DNA of 44,580 nt from a virus (taxonomy: Duplodnaviria > Caudoviricetes): the IMG/VR virus record IMGVR_UViG_3300037310_000278, positions 1-44,580 of that record, one strand, 5' to 3'. A program made the translations under genes and the position numbers. The notes below the pieces were generated by a model, which saw nothing but the letters and a program-made list of their open reading frames with translations, made no database searches and was not told the origin of the DNA. This document shows positions 25,701 through 35,316 of this stretch, piece after piece. Positions within the stretch are counted from its first letter, which is position 1. Each line of letters opens with the position of its first letter.

Positions 25701-28700
25701 CGTCGAGTTTGCCCGTTGTCATCAGGCGAAGCGCCCGGAATACGGGTTCTTTCCTCAGCTCCGCTTCGACCTCCGCCCGCACGGCCTTGCGCTTTTCCGC
25801 GACATCCCGGTGATAGACGCGCAGCGCCTTGTCGACCCGCCGCTGCACCAGCATCATGTTGCGCAAAGACCGCTGGTCCAGCGAATTGATCGCCTCTGCC
25901 GTGGCGTCGGCGCCAGTGGCCTCGTACTCGGCCCAAGCCCTGGCATCCATCCAGTCGGGCTTGGTCTCGTACAACGGGCCAAGGCCAAGGTCCGCCTGCG
26001 CTTCGGCGATTTCGGCGTCGGTCGCCAGCATGCGGTCGAAGAAACCCCGCACGCTGTCCGTAAGCTCGACGTTCAGTTGGCTGAGACTGGTGTACACGTT
26101 CAGCAGCCATTGCCGGAATTTGCGGAAAACCTGCTTCAGGCCAAGCGAGGGCGCTTTGCCTTCCATGGCGTAGGCTTCGAACCCTCGCGCGAATTGCTCG
26201 TGGTAAAGTGACTGGATAGCGGGCGGCAACGCGTACCAGTCGGCCAGTGAAGGCACGCCGAACCAGTCAAGCAGCGACCGCATGTCGGCGACGATTTCAG
26301 CCGGTGCGTTTGGCTGGCTGGCCGCGTGCGCGGTGACTTCGAGAAAGAAATGCCCGGCCTCGTGGATAAACGTCGACCGGTCGGCGCCGCGCAGCAGGGT
26401 AAGAACCGTCGGCGTGCGCGTTATGTTGCGGCCAAAGCGGATTTGCCCGCGCGCCTTGCCGGTGTCCTGCCGCAGCAGCCTGCCGGCGCCGAGGCTGGTC
26501 GCCAATTTGTCCGGGAACGTGAAGCCGGTCAGCTCCTGCGCGTTATCCCCTTCACGCACGTTATCCCCTTCACGCACGTTGAACGTCACGAGCGGGGTAC
26601 GGTAGCGGTCGGCCAAAGCGCGCAACGCCTCGACGACCTCCGGTTGCTGTTGTGCGGCGGGGGAAAGCGCGACGCGTTCGATGCCAAGATCGTCAGCGAA
26701 ACGCAGCGTCCGTTTCAGCGCCAGCGCCAACCAGAAGGCCGAACCCGTATCATCGGTCTGGCGAACGTCAAGCAATACCGTTTTGCCGCCGTCTTCGGCG
26801 TTGACGACACCGACCGGGGCGCGCAGGACTTCGCTTCCGTCTGGCAGCGAGACGACCAGTTCTTTTTTGAAAACGCCGCGTGTTGTGGTCTCTGCGAACC
26901 GGACATTGCTGACGAAACCCTCGACGTTTTCCCGCGAAAGCGCGATGCCTTTGGCTTCCAGCCCCTTGAAGTACTCGGTGAACCCCGACCAATCCATTTG
27001 GTCACCGGTGATGCCCGAACCACGGAGCAGCGCCGCGCGCCACTGCGAGGCGCTACCGGCAAAACCTTCGGGCAATGCGCGTGCGGCCTGGACCAGCGCT
27101 GACAGCACGTTGCCGTTGGTGAAGAAACTTTCGGCGGTCGGCGCCGGAATACGCGTGTCGAAATCGATATCCATCGCGAACGCGACATTGAATTGCGGCA
27201 GCAGGCTGTAGAAATCCTGCGGCTTCTCGTCGAACACTGTCAGGCCCGTCGCCGGGACAATGCTGCCGTCCTGGTAGACAAAGCCCTTGTTGGTCAGCGC
27301 CGCCTGCTGCCCGTATTTACGGCTTAGCGCGAGCGCGATTTCCGTGGCGTCCTTGCCCGGCGTCAGCACAGCGAACCCGTTCTCCGTGGCGCCCGTGTAC
27401 ACGCCGACAGTGAACGTCGCCGGCAGCATCAGCGCTTCCAGGTCGGCGCGCAGCCGCGAGGTTCGCTGCGCGTTCTCCTCGGCGGAAAAAACAATGTCTT
27501 CCGGGTTTTCCGCTGTCAGGATGAACCAATCGTCATGTTCCAGCAAAGAGCCGATATTGCCGGGGCCGAAGCGCTCTTCGATCAGTTCGTGGTACGGTGA
27601 AGCCTCTTCCGACACCCATTCCGGAAGCAACCCTATCTTGGTTCCAGATGCCTCGCGGTTTTTGCCAAAGCTGAGCCAATTGTTCCGGCCGCGTGTTTCC
27701 ACGGTCATGGCGCGCCGGGCAAAAGGCGAAAACATCATGGCGTGAACGCGCCAGGCGTTCTCGTCACCGTCGACACCCGACCCGATACCGTCTTTCGCGT
27801 GACCGAAAAAGGCATGCGCGACACGGAACAAATCGCGGTAAGTGAGTTGCCGGTCGCCGATGCTTTCCCCCGGCACCGGTTCGGCAAGCGGGTCGTCGAT
27901 GGAACCGCCGGCGTCGCTTTCAGCAGCGGCAAGCTGAAAACGATTGTTGCTGACGATATCCGCCACGGCCTGTTGCGGATCGCCCGCATAAGGATCGCTG
28001 CCCTCGGCGAAGTCGACGACAAGCCCCGCCTCCTTGATGCTCTGCCATTGCGCAAGCGTCTCCGCCTTCATGGCTTCATAGGCCGCGCGCACGGTCTCGT
28101 CGCCCGGAGCATGCGGCATGCTTTCATAGGCGTCCGCGATACGCGCACCGCGTTCCCTGTCCGCCCTGGCGTACCGGGACGGCCGAAGGTAGACGGAACC
28201 CTTGCGTTCCGCGTACCGGCGAGCCGCCTCCAGCGCCGGCCGGTGTACACTTGCCGAACGCGGCAGGCCCGGCATCGGCGCTTGCGGGTCGGGTTGCGAA
28301 AGCAGCTTGCCTTTGAATTTGGCGCGGTCTTCGGCTTCAATGTTGAGCGGATAGGTCGCAAACGCTTCGCTCGGGCTTTTGCCGAGACGTGTAGCCAACG
28401 TGCTGTAGAATGACGACACCAACGCCGCGTAGGCTTCATTCTCCTGCCGGGTGAACCGGCCGGTAGCCGTGAGTTGTTCGAAAAGCCCGGCGCGAATGTC
28501 GGCGGCTTCCTGCTCAAATACCGCGCCTTCTGTAGCGCCCGCCACGGCCTGCGCGATTTCGGCGTCGAAGGTCTGCTTGACGTCCTGAAAGAAGGTTTTC
28601 GCTTCCGCTGCCGACAGCTCTTCGGGATCGATCCTCAGATGCTCGATAAGCGCTTGCCCGACGGGCGTGCCCGCCAGCCTTGCCGCGAATTTCTCGGCGG

Positions 28701-30159
28701 GGATGATGATATCGCCACCGATATCGGCAGCGCTGCCGATATCTTGCGCCGAAACGCCAACCAGCTTTTCGGTTTCCAGCGGATCGACGCCGGATTGTTC
28801 GAGCACTTTGACCAGCTCCGAGGCGTCGACGTAAAGCTCCTGCACGGGACCGCTGTCCGCTGCCGCGCGCATGAAGTCCTCGAAACTGTCAACGTCGCGA
28901 CCGCGCAGCGCTGACGCAGCCGCCAACTGTTCGACCCTGGCCAGCGTGTCGGCGCGAAGGTCGGCCATCTCGGCACGCTTGGCCACGGCGCCAAGGCGCT
29001 GCACGACTTGCTCCACGCCAACAACCGTTGCGTTGACGGCGCCCGTGGACACGGCAGTCTGGACCGCTGTCGAAAAAGCGGCATCCGGCCGTTCCGCCAG
29101 ATAATCCGCGAAGGTTTTGCCTTGCCTGACGCCGACAAAGCCGAGCTGGTTGAGGTCTCCGGCGAGCGTTGCGACCTGTTCGCTGACCTGCTCGTCGAGC
29201 ATGTTGGTCAGGAACCGCTCGCCGGCTTCTCCTGTTCCGCGTGAAATGAAACGCCCAAGCGGGCCGACTTCGGTAGCAACCTCAATACCACCGGCGATGC
29301 CGCCATACAACAGCCTTTCGGTCGGGCTAAGCCCGGCTTCCTTGCCTTCGGCAGCGGCCTCCCCGGCCGCCGGCGCGGCGATGACTGCGGATGCCAGAGC
29401 GGGATTGCGGGTGGCGAACCCGACACCGACCGCCGCCAGTGTGTTTGCCGTGTTGCTGACGCCGCCGTAGACGTCGCGTAGAAGCGCGTTGTCAGTCTTG
29501 GGGGTAAGAGCTGCCGCCAGCGCTTCAAGCCGCTCACGCGCCCTCCTGGCACGCAGGGCGGCCCCCATGTCGATGCGGGTCGCCATGCTGCGCGGATCGC
29601 GGCCCTCGGCATTGGCTTCCAGCACGCTTTCAGCGGCACCGAAAAATCCGGCGCCAATGCGCGCCGCGCCTGCCCGGAAAGCCCGCGCCGCCTCACCGAT
29701 ATCGAAGTCGCGCGGCAGGTTGCGAAGCCCTTCGCTGATTTCCGGCCGGCTCGTCAGATAGGCGGAAAAAGCCGTCCCCAGCGCCGCCAGCGGCGACACT
29801 TGGGAAAGCGCACGCTGGGTAGACCCGGCGGCAGCGGCGCGAAGCGTGACGTCCGTGTCCGCCAACCTGGGCAGATCGTCCGAAGCAATGGCGGCGTTCT
29901 GTTCGCGCACCGCCAGCCATTGCTGCAACGCCGGCGACCGTTCGATATCGGCCGTGGCTTTCGCCGCCACGCCGCGCGCCCGAAAAGCATCCGGATCGGC
30001 GGCAACCATTGCTGGCGACACGCCCAACTGCCGGGACAGCCGGAGGTGTTCGGCTGCGCTTTCGGGGGCAACGTCCGCAGCCGCCAGCGTGTTGACCTTG
30101 GCGGCCGCCGCATGTTGGCGCTCGCGCGCCGCCAGCGACTGGGTAAGGAAATCGCTCAT
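22723..30159 (-). CDS. Giant internal virion / polyvalent protein (2478 aa)
   Basis: Last of the internal virion genes; HEAGH zincin motif with downstream HEQFARGFE; additional inserted domains. Confidence 0.8.
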   Translation of the reverse strand: MSDFLTQSLAARERQHAAAAKVNTLAAADVAPESAAEHLRLSRQLGVSPAMVAADPDAFRARGVAAKATADIERSPALQQWLAVREQNAAIASDDLPRLADTDVTLRAAAAGSTQRALSQVSPLAALGTAFSAYLTSRPEISEGLRNLPRDFDIGEAARAFRAGAARIGAGFFGAAESVLEANAEGRDPRSMATRIDMGAALRARRARERLEALAAALTPKTDNALLRDVYGGVSNTANTLAAVGVGFATRNPALASAVIAAPAAGEAAAEGKEAGLSPTERLLYGGIAGGIEVATEVGPLGRFISRGTGEAGERFLTNMLDEQVSEQVATLAGDLNQLGFVGVRQGKTFADYLAERPDAAFSTAVQTAVSTGAVNATVVGVEQVVQRLGAVAKRAEMADLRADTLARVEQLAAASALRGRDVDSFEDFMRAAADSGPVQELYVDASELVKVLEQSGVDPLETEKLVGVSAQDIGSAADIGGDIIIPAEKFAARLAGTPVGQALIEHLRIDPEELSAAEAKTFFQDVKQTFDAEIAQAVAGATEGAVFEQEAADIRAGLFEQLTATGRFTRQENEAYAALVSSFYSTLATRLGKSPSEAFATYPLNIEAEDRAKFKGKLLSQPDPQAPMPGLPRSASVHRPALEAARRYAERKGSVYLRPSRYARADRERGARIADAYESMPHAPGDETVRAAYEAMKAETLAQWQSIKEAGLVVDFAEGSDPYAGDPQQAVADIVSNNRFQLAAAESDAGGSIDDPLAEPVPGESIGDRQLTYRDLFRVAHAFFGHAKDGIGSGVDGDENAWRVHAMMFSPFARRAMTVETRGRNNWLSFGKNREASGTKIGLLPEWVSEEASPYHELIEERFGPGNIGSLLEHDDWFILTAENPEDIVFSAEENAQRTSRLRADLEALMLPATFTVGVYTGATENGFAVLTPGKDATEIALALSRKYGQQAALTNKGFVYQDGSIVPATGLTVFDEKPQDFYSLLPQFNVAFAMDIDFDTRIPAPTAESFFTNGNVLSALVQAARALPEGFAGSASQWRAALLRGSGITGDQMDWSGFTEYFKGLEAKGIALSRENVEGFVSNVRFAETTTRGVFKKELVVSLPDGSEVLRAPVGVVNAEDGGKTVLLDVRQTDDTGSAFWLALALKRTLRFADDLGIERVALSPAAQQQPEVVEALRALADRYRTPLVTFNVREGDNVREGDNAQELTGFTFPDKLATSLGAGRLLRQDTGKARGQIRFGRNITRTPTVLTLLRGADRSTFIHEAGHFFLEVTAHAASQPNAPAEIVADMRSLLDWFGVPSLADWYALPPAIQSLYHEQFARGFEAYAMEGKAPSLGLKQVFRKFRQWLLNVYTSLSQLNVELTDSVRGFFDRMLATDAEIAEAQADLGLGPLYETKPDWMDARAWAEYEATGADATAEAINSLDQRSLRNMMLVQRRVDKALRVYHRDVAEKRKAVRAEVEAELRKEPVFRALRLMTTGKLDGTPFEGRYKLSEQGLETYRANPAVARRLRGLVAKQGISATQYAEMFGFTSADHFIQTLLLTPSFKDAVEAETDQRMNERYGDLNSDQQVKAAVSEAVHNDVRGAIVATELAAEKATPALRRALARAARENAEEQIGKTHIRHLLPSLHERAERKAAADARKALAEGNRARVASAKRAQLLHFYAAKSTVAARGEVDKGVEYLKKFDKDSVRKAIDPDYMDQIDALLERFDLRPTSNKDADRRARLRDWIEAQREMGFEPALADELLDEARRLPYREMTVAAFRDLVDAVRNIEHLGRLSKQLLTALKDTQLADAVAGIESAIVSNAYKTVPEVTATRNWYEKVATKGRDYFAQHRKLANVAQMMDGGRGKAGGATWRYLIEPMNRAGDKQARMNEEASVRLRELFAMLPRDTHSRQYIPEIGRSYSLEDRLGVALNLGNAQNRQRVLGGDNFDDAQIQAIIAPLTAGQWDFVEAVWSFLDSYWPLVEAKERRVSGIVPQKVQAEPFQVVLPDGELRLLRGGYYPISYDPDRSSRAEADIATSVMQQMQRGLRTRATTRRGHVKERVDAVNRPVRKDFGVIFEHVAQVIHDLSWHEYLIDANRIIRSEKVDDAIRRHYGPEMLRWMRRALGDIAMGDIPAMTALEAITNHVRSGVTIAFLGWNLSTALLQPLGLMQSAARIGPKAVLRGLHAWLGAPAQINEKVKWIYQQSSFMRLRGKTFNREIAEIMATVTDKSPVRKAIERVIPEPVTDAVLHSYFYLILKLQLIADIPTWLGQYEARIEAGDAHEQAVALADQAVIDTQGSGQIKDLAGVQRGTPYMRLFTNFYSYFSATMNLLADEYADLKRSGKLPLFAANVMLLTFLPATLGELMKQALRGGGDDEPEDVARNLVEANAAYMLGLFVGARELGVAVDAEVTYTGPAGLRLFTEADKLVTQARQGEVDEALLRSLNSTAGIFLHYPAGQLDRSLRGSVALAEGEAGAAAPLVGPPLE

Positions 30160-32270
30160 CGGTCTGACGCCATGCGGGTCAGGATGAAGTATTCGTCGCG
30201 TACCGCCTTTTCTGATGGTGCGATGCCGCGCCGCTGCAAGCTGGCGGCAATCTGCTGCCGCACCGGCAAGGGTATCGACGCCAACGGCAGCAACGGGTTT
30301 TTCAGCTCATAGCCCCGTTCGGTGCCGAACCAGCTATCGAGGCTGTCGCGGGTTTCAGCGAGCAGCGAGACTGCTATCTTGCGGCTCTCGACGTCGCTAA
30401 GCGCCTTGCCTTTCAAGCGTTCGGCGGCCTCCAGTTGTTTGATAAGCGCTGTCTGGAACGCCGCGAATTCCCTGCTCTTTGCCTTGTCCGACGCAGAGAC
30501 GACAATGCCGGCGGCGGCCATTTCACCTTTCACGAAGCTAAGCGTACGCCGCACGTTGTCGAGGCTGTCCAGCTTGTTCCTGTCATCCGAGAGCACGCGG
30601 CTGAGGTCGTCGCTGAGTTGCTTGAATTCCGAACGGGTGACGGACTGCTTGTAGCGCAAAAGCTCTTCCGGCCGTGTCAAGTCGCCGTTCGTGATAGCCG
30701 TTTTGGCTTGCAGGTAGGCTTCCGGATTGGCTTCGCTGGCGCCATGCCTGACGGCTTTTGCAAAAGCCATCAGCGAACCGAGGTTCCGCTGCGGCACGGC
30801 CGCGCGCAACGACGCCGGCATGGCCGCCATGTCGCCGTTGTTCTGGTCAAGCCAGCGGTAGGCGTCATCGAGGGTTTGTTCCTCGGCCGCCCTGCGCGCT
30901 TCCTTCTCCGCAGCGTAAGCCGACTTGACTTGCGCCAGCGCGTTGTTGATGCGCCGTGGATCGCCGCGCAGCCGGGGGTCGCTGCGAACCTGCGCTTCAA
31001 GATCGGCCAAGGACAGCGCCGCGCCACGCGCGCTTGTCTGGTTGCGGCCCAAAGGATCGATAGCCACGCCGTTGCGCCGGATTTCGTAATGCACATGCGG
31101 ACCGGTCGACCGCCCGGAGCTGCCGCTTTTGGCGAGTACCTGGCCTTGGCTGACGTCATCGCCGGTTTTCACGCCGATGGCCCCCAGGTGCGCGTAGCGG
31201 GTCTCGTGACCGTCGCCGTGATCGACGATGACGATATTGCCGTAGGAACCTTTCTGCCCGGCAAACTTGACCTTGCCGCTGGCTGACGCCGATACCGCCG
31301 TGCCCTTCGGTACAGCGATGTCTATGCCGCCATGCCGGTGCGTATCGCGGTCGACCCCGAAGCGCGACGACACATTGCCACGAACTGGAAGAATGAAGTT
31401 TTCGGGCGTCGACATGGCCCGGCTGGCAACGCCCTGGGCGAAAACGTCGTTAGCGACATCGGTGGCCGCCATGCTGTCGAAATGCTCGTCGACTGCCCGC
31501 TCGACGGCGACAATGTCGTCGGCATTCATGTCGGCCCGGTACTTGTCGAGGTACTGGCTGGCGAAATGGGCATCGCCGTCGTCGACCGCCGAAAGGATAG
31601 CGAGGCGATGGCTGTCAGACAGCATGTCGCGCGCCCGTGCTTCTCCCCAGTCCGCCGACCGGCCGAGCAAGCGACGCTGCCGGTCGACCTGCGCGCGAAT
31701 CGAAACGGTCGCTTCCTCGACCTTGGCAGGGTCACGATAGCCTAGCGCGATGACCTGTTGCTGGTTGGCGATGACACCTTCCGCGACGGACTGCGCATAA
31801 TTGTCGAATTCGCGGGCTTCGTGCGCGGCCAAGTCTTTCTGAAAAGCCCCGTACATGTTCGCCGAGGCTTCGCCAAACAGCCTGCGCTGCGCGTCGTTGC
31901 CAAGGCTTTCGGAAATTTCCCGGATACGCGCCTGGTACAGCTCGCCGTACTCGTCCCCCAGGCTCTTGTTGAAAGGCCGCTCCAGCGCAGCGTTGCCCTT
32001 GAGCCGGGTGTAGCCCGCACTCTCGCCGAACGTAAGGTCGAGGGCGTGTTCGCGCAACCGGTTGAGCGCGTCGTCGACGCGTATCTGGTTGGCCTGCCGC
32101 AGCTTGTCGACATAGATGGACGACACGACACCACCGACGCCCTGCACCGCGCGTCCGAAATCCGCCAATTGCTCGCCGCTGACGTTGCGGACTTCCGGCG
32201 CTGCGGCGCGAACGTCAGGCAGTGGCGCCGGCGCAACCGAGAAGCCGTCAAGGGAAGGGACGCGCGGCAT
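30156..32270 (-). CDS. Internal virion protein with an M23 peptidase domain
   Basis: HGGIDIAVPKGT, TRYAHL, GRSTGPHVHYEIR within a helical protein. Confidence 0.85.
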   Translation of the reverse strand: MPRVPSLDGFSVAPAPLPDVRAAAPEVRNVSGEQLADFGRAVQGVGGVVSSIYVDKLRQANQIRVDDALNRLREHALDLTFGESAGYTRLKGNAALERPFNKSLGDEYGELYQARIREISESLGNDAQRRLFGEASANMYGAFQKDLAAHEAREFDNYAQSVAEGVIANQQQVIALGYRDPAKVEEATVSIRAQVDRQRRLLGRSADWGEARARDMLSDSHRLAILSAVDDGDAHFASQYLDKYRADMNADDIVAVERAVDEHFDSMAATDVANDVFAQGVASRAMSTPENFILPVRGNVSSRFGVDRDTHRHGGIDIAVPKGTAVSASASGKVKFAGQKGSYGNIVIVDHGDGHETRYAHLGAIGVKTGDDVSQGQVLAKSGSSGRSTGPHVHYEIRRNGVAIDPLGRNQTSARGAALSLADLEAQVRSDPRLRGDPRRINNALAQVKSAYAAEKEARRAAEEQTLDDAYRWLDQNNGDMAAMPASLRAAVPQRNLGSLMAFAKAVRHGASEANPEAYLQAKTAITNGDLTRPEELLRYKQSVTRSEFKQLSDDLSRVLSDDRNKLDSLDNVRRTLSFVKGEMAAAGIVVSASDKAKSREFAAFQTALIKQLEAAERLKGKALSDVESRKIAVSLLAETRDSLDSWFGTERGYELKNPLLPLASIPLPVRQQIAASLQRRGIAPSEKAVRDEYFILTRMASDR

Positions 32271-32271
32271 G

Positions 32272-32820
32272 TCAGCCGGTGCGCCCCGATGCCGGGCCGC
32301 TGCCGAAACCCTCCCTGCGCAGCGCGTACCAGGATTGCGCGACCTGCCCGGCCGCGTTGGCGAACGAACCGAAAGCCGACAGGAACGGGCTTACCGACGA
32401 GGCCGACGCGCGCAGCCCGGAAGCGTAGGAACGCAGGTTGCCGGCTTCGGTGCGCCGCCCCCAGGCCGCCTGTATGGCATTGGCGCGCGCCGTGTTGGCG
32501 TCGACTTCGGTGATCAGGTCAGTGCCGACAAGCGCGGCCTGCGCGGTTTCGCTGGTGAGGTCGATGCCGTTGGCTGCGTAGCGCGCACGTTGCGCCGATT
32601 TCAGCCGCGCGCCTTGCAGCCGGATGTTCTCTTCCTGACGCACGCCCCGGTGGATTTCCTGCCGCGCCGCCGCGTCCGACATGCGCGCATTGATTTCCGC
32701 AATGCGCGCCTGCGAGCGATAGGCAGACCGCTGCGAGCGCGCCGCGAACAAGCTGCCAACGGTGGAAGCTCCAGCGCCAAAGCCTTGCGCGCCGACGGCG
32801 GCCAGTCCGGGGTCACACAT
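32272..32820 (-). CDS. Internal virion protein (T7 gp14-like position)
   Basis: MCDP start, Ala-rich coiled coil, QRARYAANGIDL motif. Confidence 0.7.
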   Translation of the reverse strand: MCDPGLAAVGAQGFGAGASTVGSLFAARSQRSAYRSQARIAEINARMSDAAARQEIHRGVRQEENIRLQGARLKSAQRARYAANGIDLTSETAQAALVGTDLITEVDANTARANAIQAAWGRRTEAGNLRSYASGLRASASSVSPFLSAFGSFANAAGQVAQSWYALRREGFGSGPASGRTG

Positions 32821-33286
32821 GGCTACGGGCCTTTCGGAACATATGAAAAAGACGCCCTTCTACCCCAAATGGCATTGCCGGCAGCAATTCGAAACCAAGT
32901 CGGCGCAACCACGCTACGCTGGCCCCGTTCCTGGCGTCCACGAAATTGACCAGCAAGCCATGGCGTTGCAACCACAAACCTATGTAACGCGCGGACAGGC
33001 GCACAAGTTCTTTCCTGTGCTGGTCGATAAGGTCGGACGCGAGCAACCACGGCACGCCGCCAAACTCACTAGGGACGCAGCCAAAAAGGGCGATGATCCG
33101 GCCCTCCGGTGTCAACGCCGCCTTGGCGCCCCCGAAGGCAACCCCGGCGCGCAGGGTAGCTTCGACATCGGGACCTCTGGCCGCAATGATTTCCTCCCGG
33201 TCCGCGCGGCGGAGACATCGGGCCAAACGCCTTGCGTCGCGCTGGGTGGCGGGGCGAAGCCTAACCACCGCCGACTGCGATATCAA
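32813..33286 (-). CDS. GNAT-fold virion-associated protein (T7 gp13-like)
   Basis: LRRADREEI...ALFGC...PWLL...NFVDARN..SVAWLRRLGF; true start may be a few codons downstream. Confidence 0.75.
   Translation of the reverse strand: MISQSAVVRLRPATQRDARRLARCLRRADREEIIAARGPDVEATLRAGVAFGGAKAALTPEGRIIALFGCVPSEFGGVPWLLASDLIDQHRKELVRLSARYIGLWLQRHGLLVNFVDARNGASVAWLRRLGFELLPAMPFGVEGRLFHMFRKARSHV
32981..33010 (-). promoter_or_regulatory. Putative late promoter (intragenic) upstream of the internal virion genes
   Basis: GAACTTGTGCGC-N12-TACATA. Confidence 0.55.
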
Positions 33287-35315
33287 GGGTGATCGAGGTG
33301 ATGGTCAAAGGCAGGGGGTCCACTTGCCGGACGCATACTTGCCCCTCGAACCCCCAGCCGCCATCGATGCGAATGTCCGCCGTTCCGGTCACCGGGTTGG
33401 GCGGGGTGCCGGCCGGTTCCGTCGTGCGCTGCTTGAATTCGCGAAGCTCGTCGAAGCTCGGCCCGGCGAAAATGCCACTGCTTTCGTAGACGCCTAGAAA
33501 TACTTCGTTGACGTTCTTCGGCTGGCCTTGTGCGTAGCCGGAAATCTCAAGCGCTATCGGCAATGTCTGCAAGTCGCTGGTGAACGGCAAACCGACGTGG
33601 ACAACGCGCGCCGGATGCTCTAGCTGCACCTTGCCGTCGACAACCACCTGCGTATCCAGCACCGCGCCGTCGGCGAGGATGGCGACTTCCTCGCCATCAA
33701 GCCAGTCGAGGCCGGACACAGTGTTGGCCGGAAGACCCGTGTACACAGCCCCGCAATCGACATGGTGCGCGTCCTTGACCGTCGTCGCACGGGCCAGGGG
33801 CATGCGCTCGATACACCGGTATTTGCGATTCATGAGGTCGCGGCAGACGACAAAATAAAGGACGTCTTCGCCGTTCTCTACCGTCGTCGTGACGTCTTCG
33901 AAAACCCCGGCCGTAGTATGCTGGTGCCAGGCGCCAACCTGTTGTTCCGGCACGTAGGTGAGACCGAGCAGAGCGCCGTTCGACGACACCGCCCATACCG
34001 TCGGATCAGGCGATACCGACATGGCCAACCGGCTGATGGCGCGACCGTCAAACAGGTGCGGCGCGCGGATACTCACGTCACCGCTGACATAGCCCTTGTT
34101 GTTGTCGCTGTAGCCGAGCTCGCGGACATGGCCGCCGCGTGAGGACACGTAAAGCGCAGTGTTGTCGGCGAGCACCGGGGGGACTACCGCCGAACCTATG
34201 CCGCCCTGCTGACGTGCGGATACGGTCAACGGCGTCAGCACACCGTCCTCACCGCCATCGACCCGCCACACGCCGGATTGCGTCAGGACCACCATGTCGC
34301 CCATGGGCAACAGGTGCAGGATCGTGTTCCGCTGCCGCGACGCGATGCGAAATTGGATGCTGTCGGCGTCCTGCGGCGGAATCGAATAATTCAGATTGCT
34401 CTCGGTGCCGGCGCGCGTGAACCATATCTTTTGCGGTTCCGCCAGCGTGCCGGCGAAAACCCGTCGCTGGTCGTGGTAGGACACCGCGCCAGGGTAGTTG
34501 CCCGGACTGTTGAACGCATTGACACCCAAGGGCGGCGTCCGCCCTATGTCCGCTGCGATATTCTCGTCCTTGAAGGTAAGCAAATCCGTCTGGCCAATGA
34601 AGCCGAAAAGCCCGTTGGAGCGCTTGTAGACATTGTACCGCGCGGCGCCGGCCGTGGCAGCCCATGTCAGCGTGTTGAAAGCGCCGTCATCGTAGAGGTT
34701 ATTGCTGACCGAAACCGTTGCGCTGCGCAGGCTTTCGTCACCTTCTTGAGCAAGCGCAGTGATGCAGTACTCCGTCAGGAACGGCGTGCCTGGCGTGCTG
34801 CCCGGCGTTGCCGCACCCGCCACGCCGGTAGGCGGCGGCAATGACGGCGCGAACGCGATATCGACAATCTGCCAGCTATCGGCCGCCAGCCGGCGTAGCT
34901 CGCGCGGCGGATGGTTCCGGTGCGTCAGCGTCACCACGTCGCCGGATTGGGTAATCTGCACGGCCGGGATTTCGGCCTCGAGGTACGGATGGGCCAGCTC
35001 ATAGGGCTGGCCGAAAATGTTCAACACCGTTTGCCCATAAGCGTGGAACCGGAAATACTCGGGGCTGAATTCCACGACCAGCATCTGGTCGAACGAGAAT
35101 TCGAACGTGAACAGCCGAACCCGGAAGGCGCTGTTGCGCACCTCGCGCACGTAGAAGGTGCCGTTGCGGTTACGCACGGGACCATGCGGCCGGACCACGA
35201 AGTTGCGGCACAACGCCAGCCCCGTCTGGTACTTGGCATCGTCGATGCGACCGAAAAATTCGGGTGTTACCTCGCCACCGTTGAAGGCGCGGGTGTGCGT
35301 CCGGAAGTCACCCAC
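33261..35315 (-). CDS. Tail tubular protein B / nozzle
   Basis: FNGGEVTP...GRID...CRNF...GPVRNRNGT N-terminus, YPGAVSYHDQR, and synteny. Confidence 0.85.
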   Translation of the reverse strand: MGDFRTHTRAFNGGEVTPEFFGRIDDAKYQTGLALCRNFVVRPHGPVRNRNGTFYVREVRNSAFRVRLFTFEFSFDQMLVVEFSPEYFRFHAYGQTVLNIFGQPYELAHPYLEAEIPAVQITQSGDVVTLTHRNHPPRELRRLAADSWQIVDIAFAPSLPPPTGVAGAATPGSTPGTPFLTEYCITALAQEGDESLRSATVSVSNNLYDDGAFNTLTWAATAGAARYNVYKRSNGLFGFIGQTDLLTFKDENIAADIGRTPPLGVNAFNSPGNYPGAVSYHDQRRVFAGTLAEPQKIWFTRAGTESNLNYSIPPQDADSIQFRIASRQRNTILHLLPMGDMVVLTQSGVWRVDGGEDGVLTPLTVSARQQGGIGSAVVPPVLADNTALYVSSRGGHVRELGYSDNNKGYVSGDVSIRAPHLFDGRAISRLAMSVSPDPTVWAVSSNGALLGLTYVPEQQVGAWHQHTTAGVFEDVTTTVENGEDVLYFVVCRDLMNRKYRCIERMPLARATTVKDAHHVDCGAVYTGLPANTVSGLDWLDGEEVAILADGAVLDTQVVVDGKVQLEHPARVVHVGLPFTSDLQTLPIALEISGYAQGQPKNVNEVFLGVYESSGIFAGPSFDELREFKQRTTEPAGTPPNPVTGTADIRIDGGWGFEGQVCVRQVDPLPLTITSITLDIAVGGG

Positions 35316-35316
35316 G

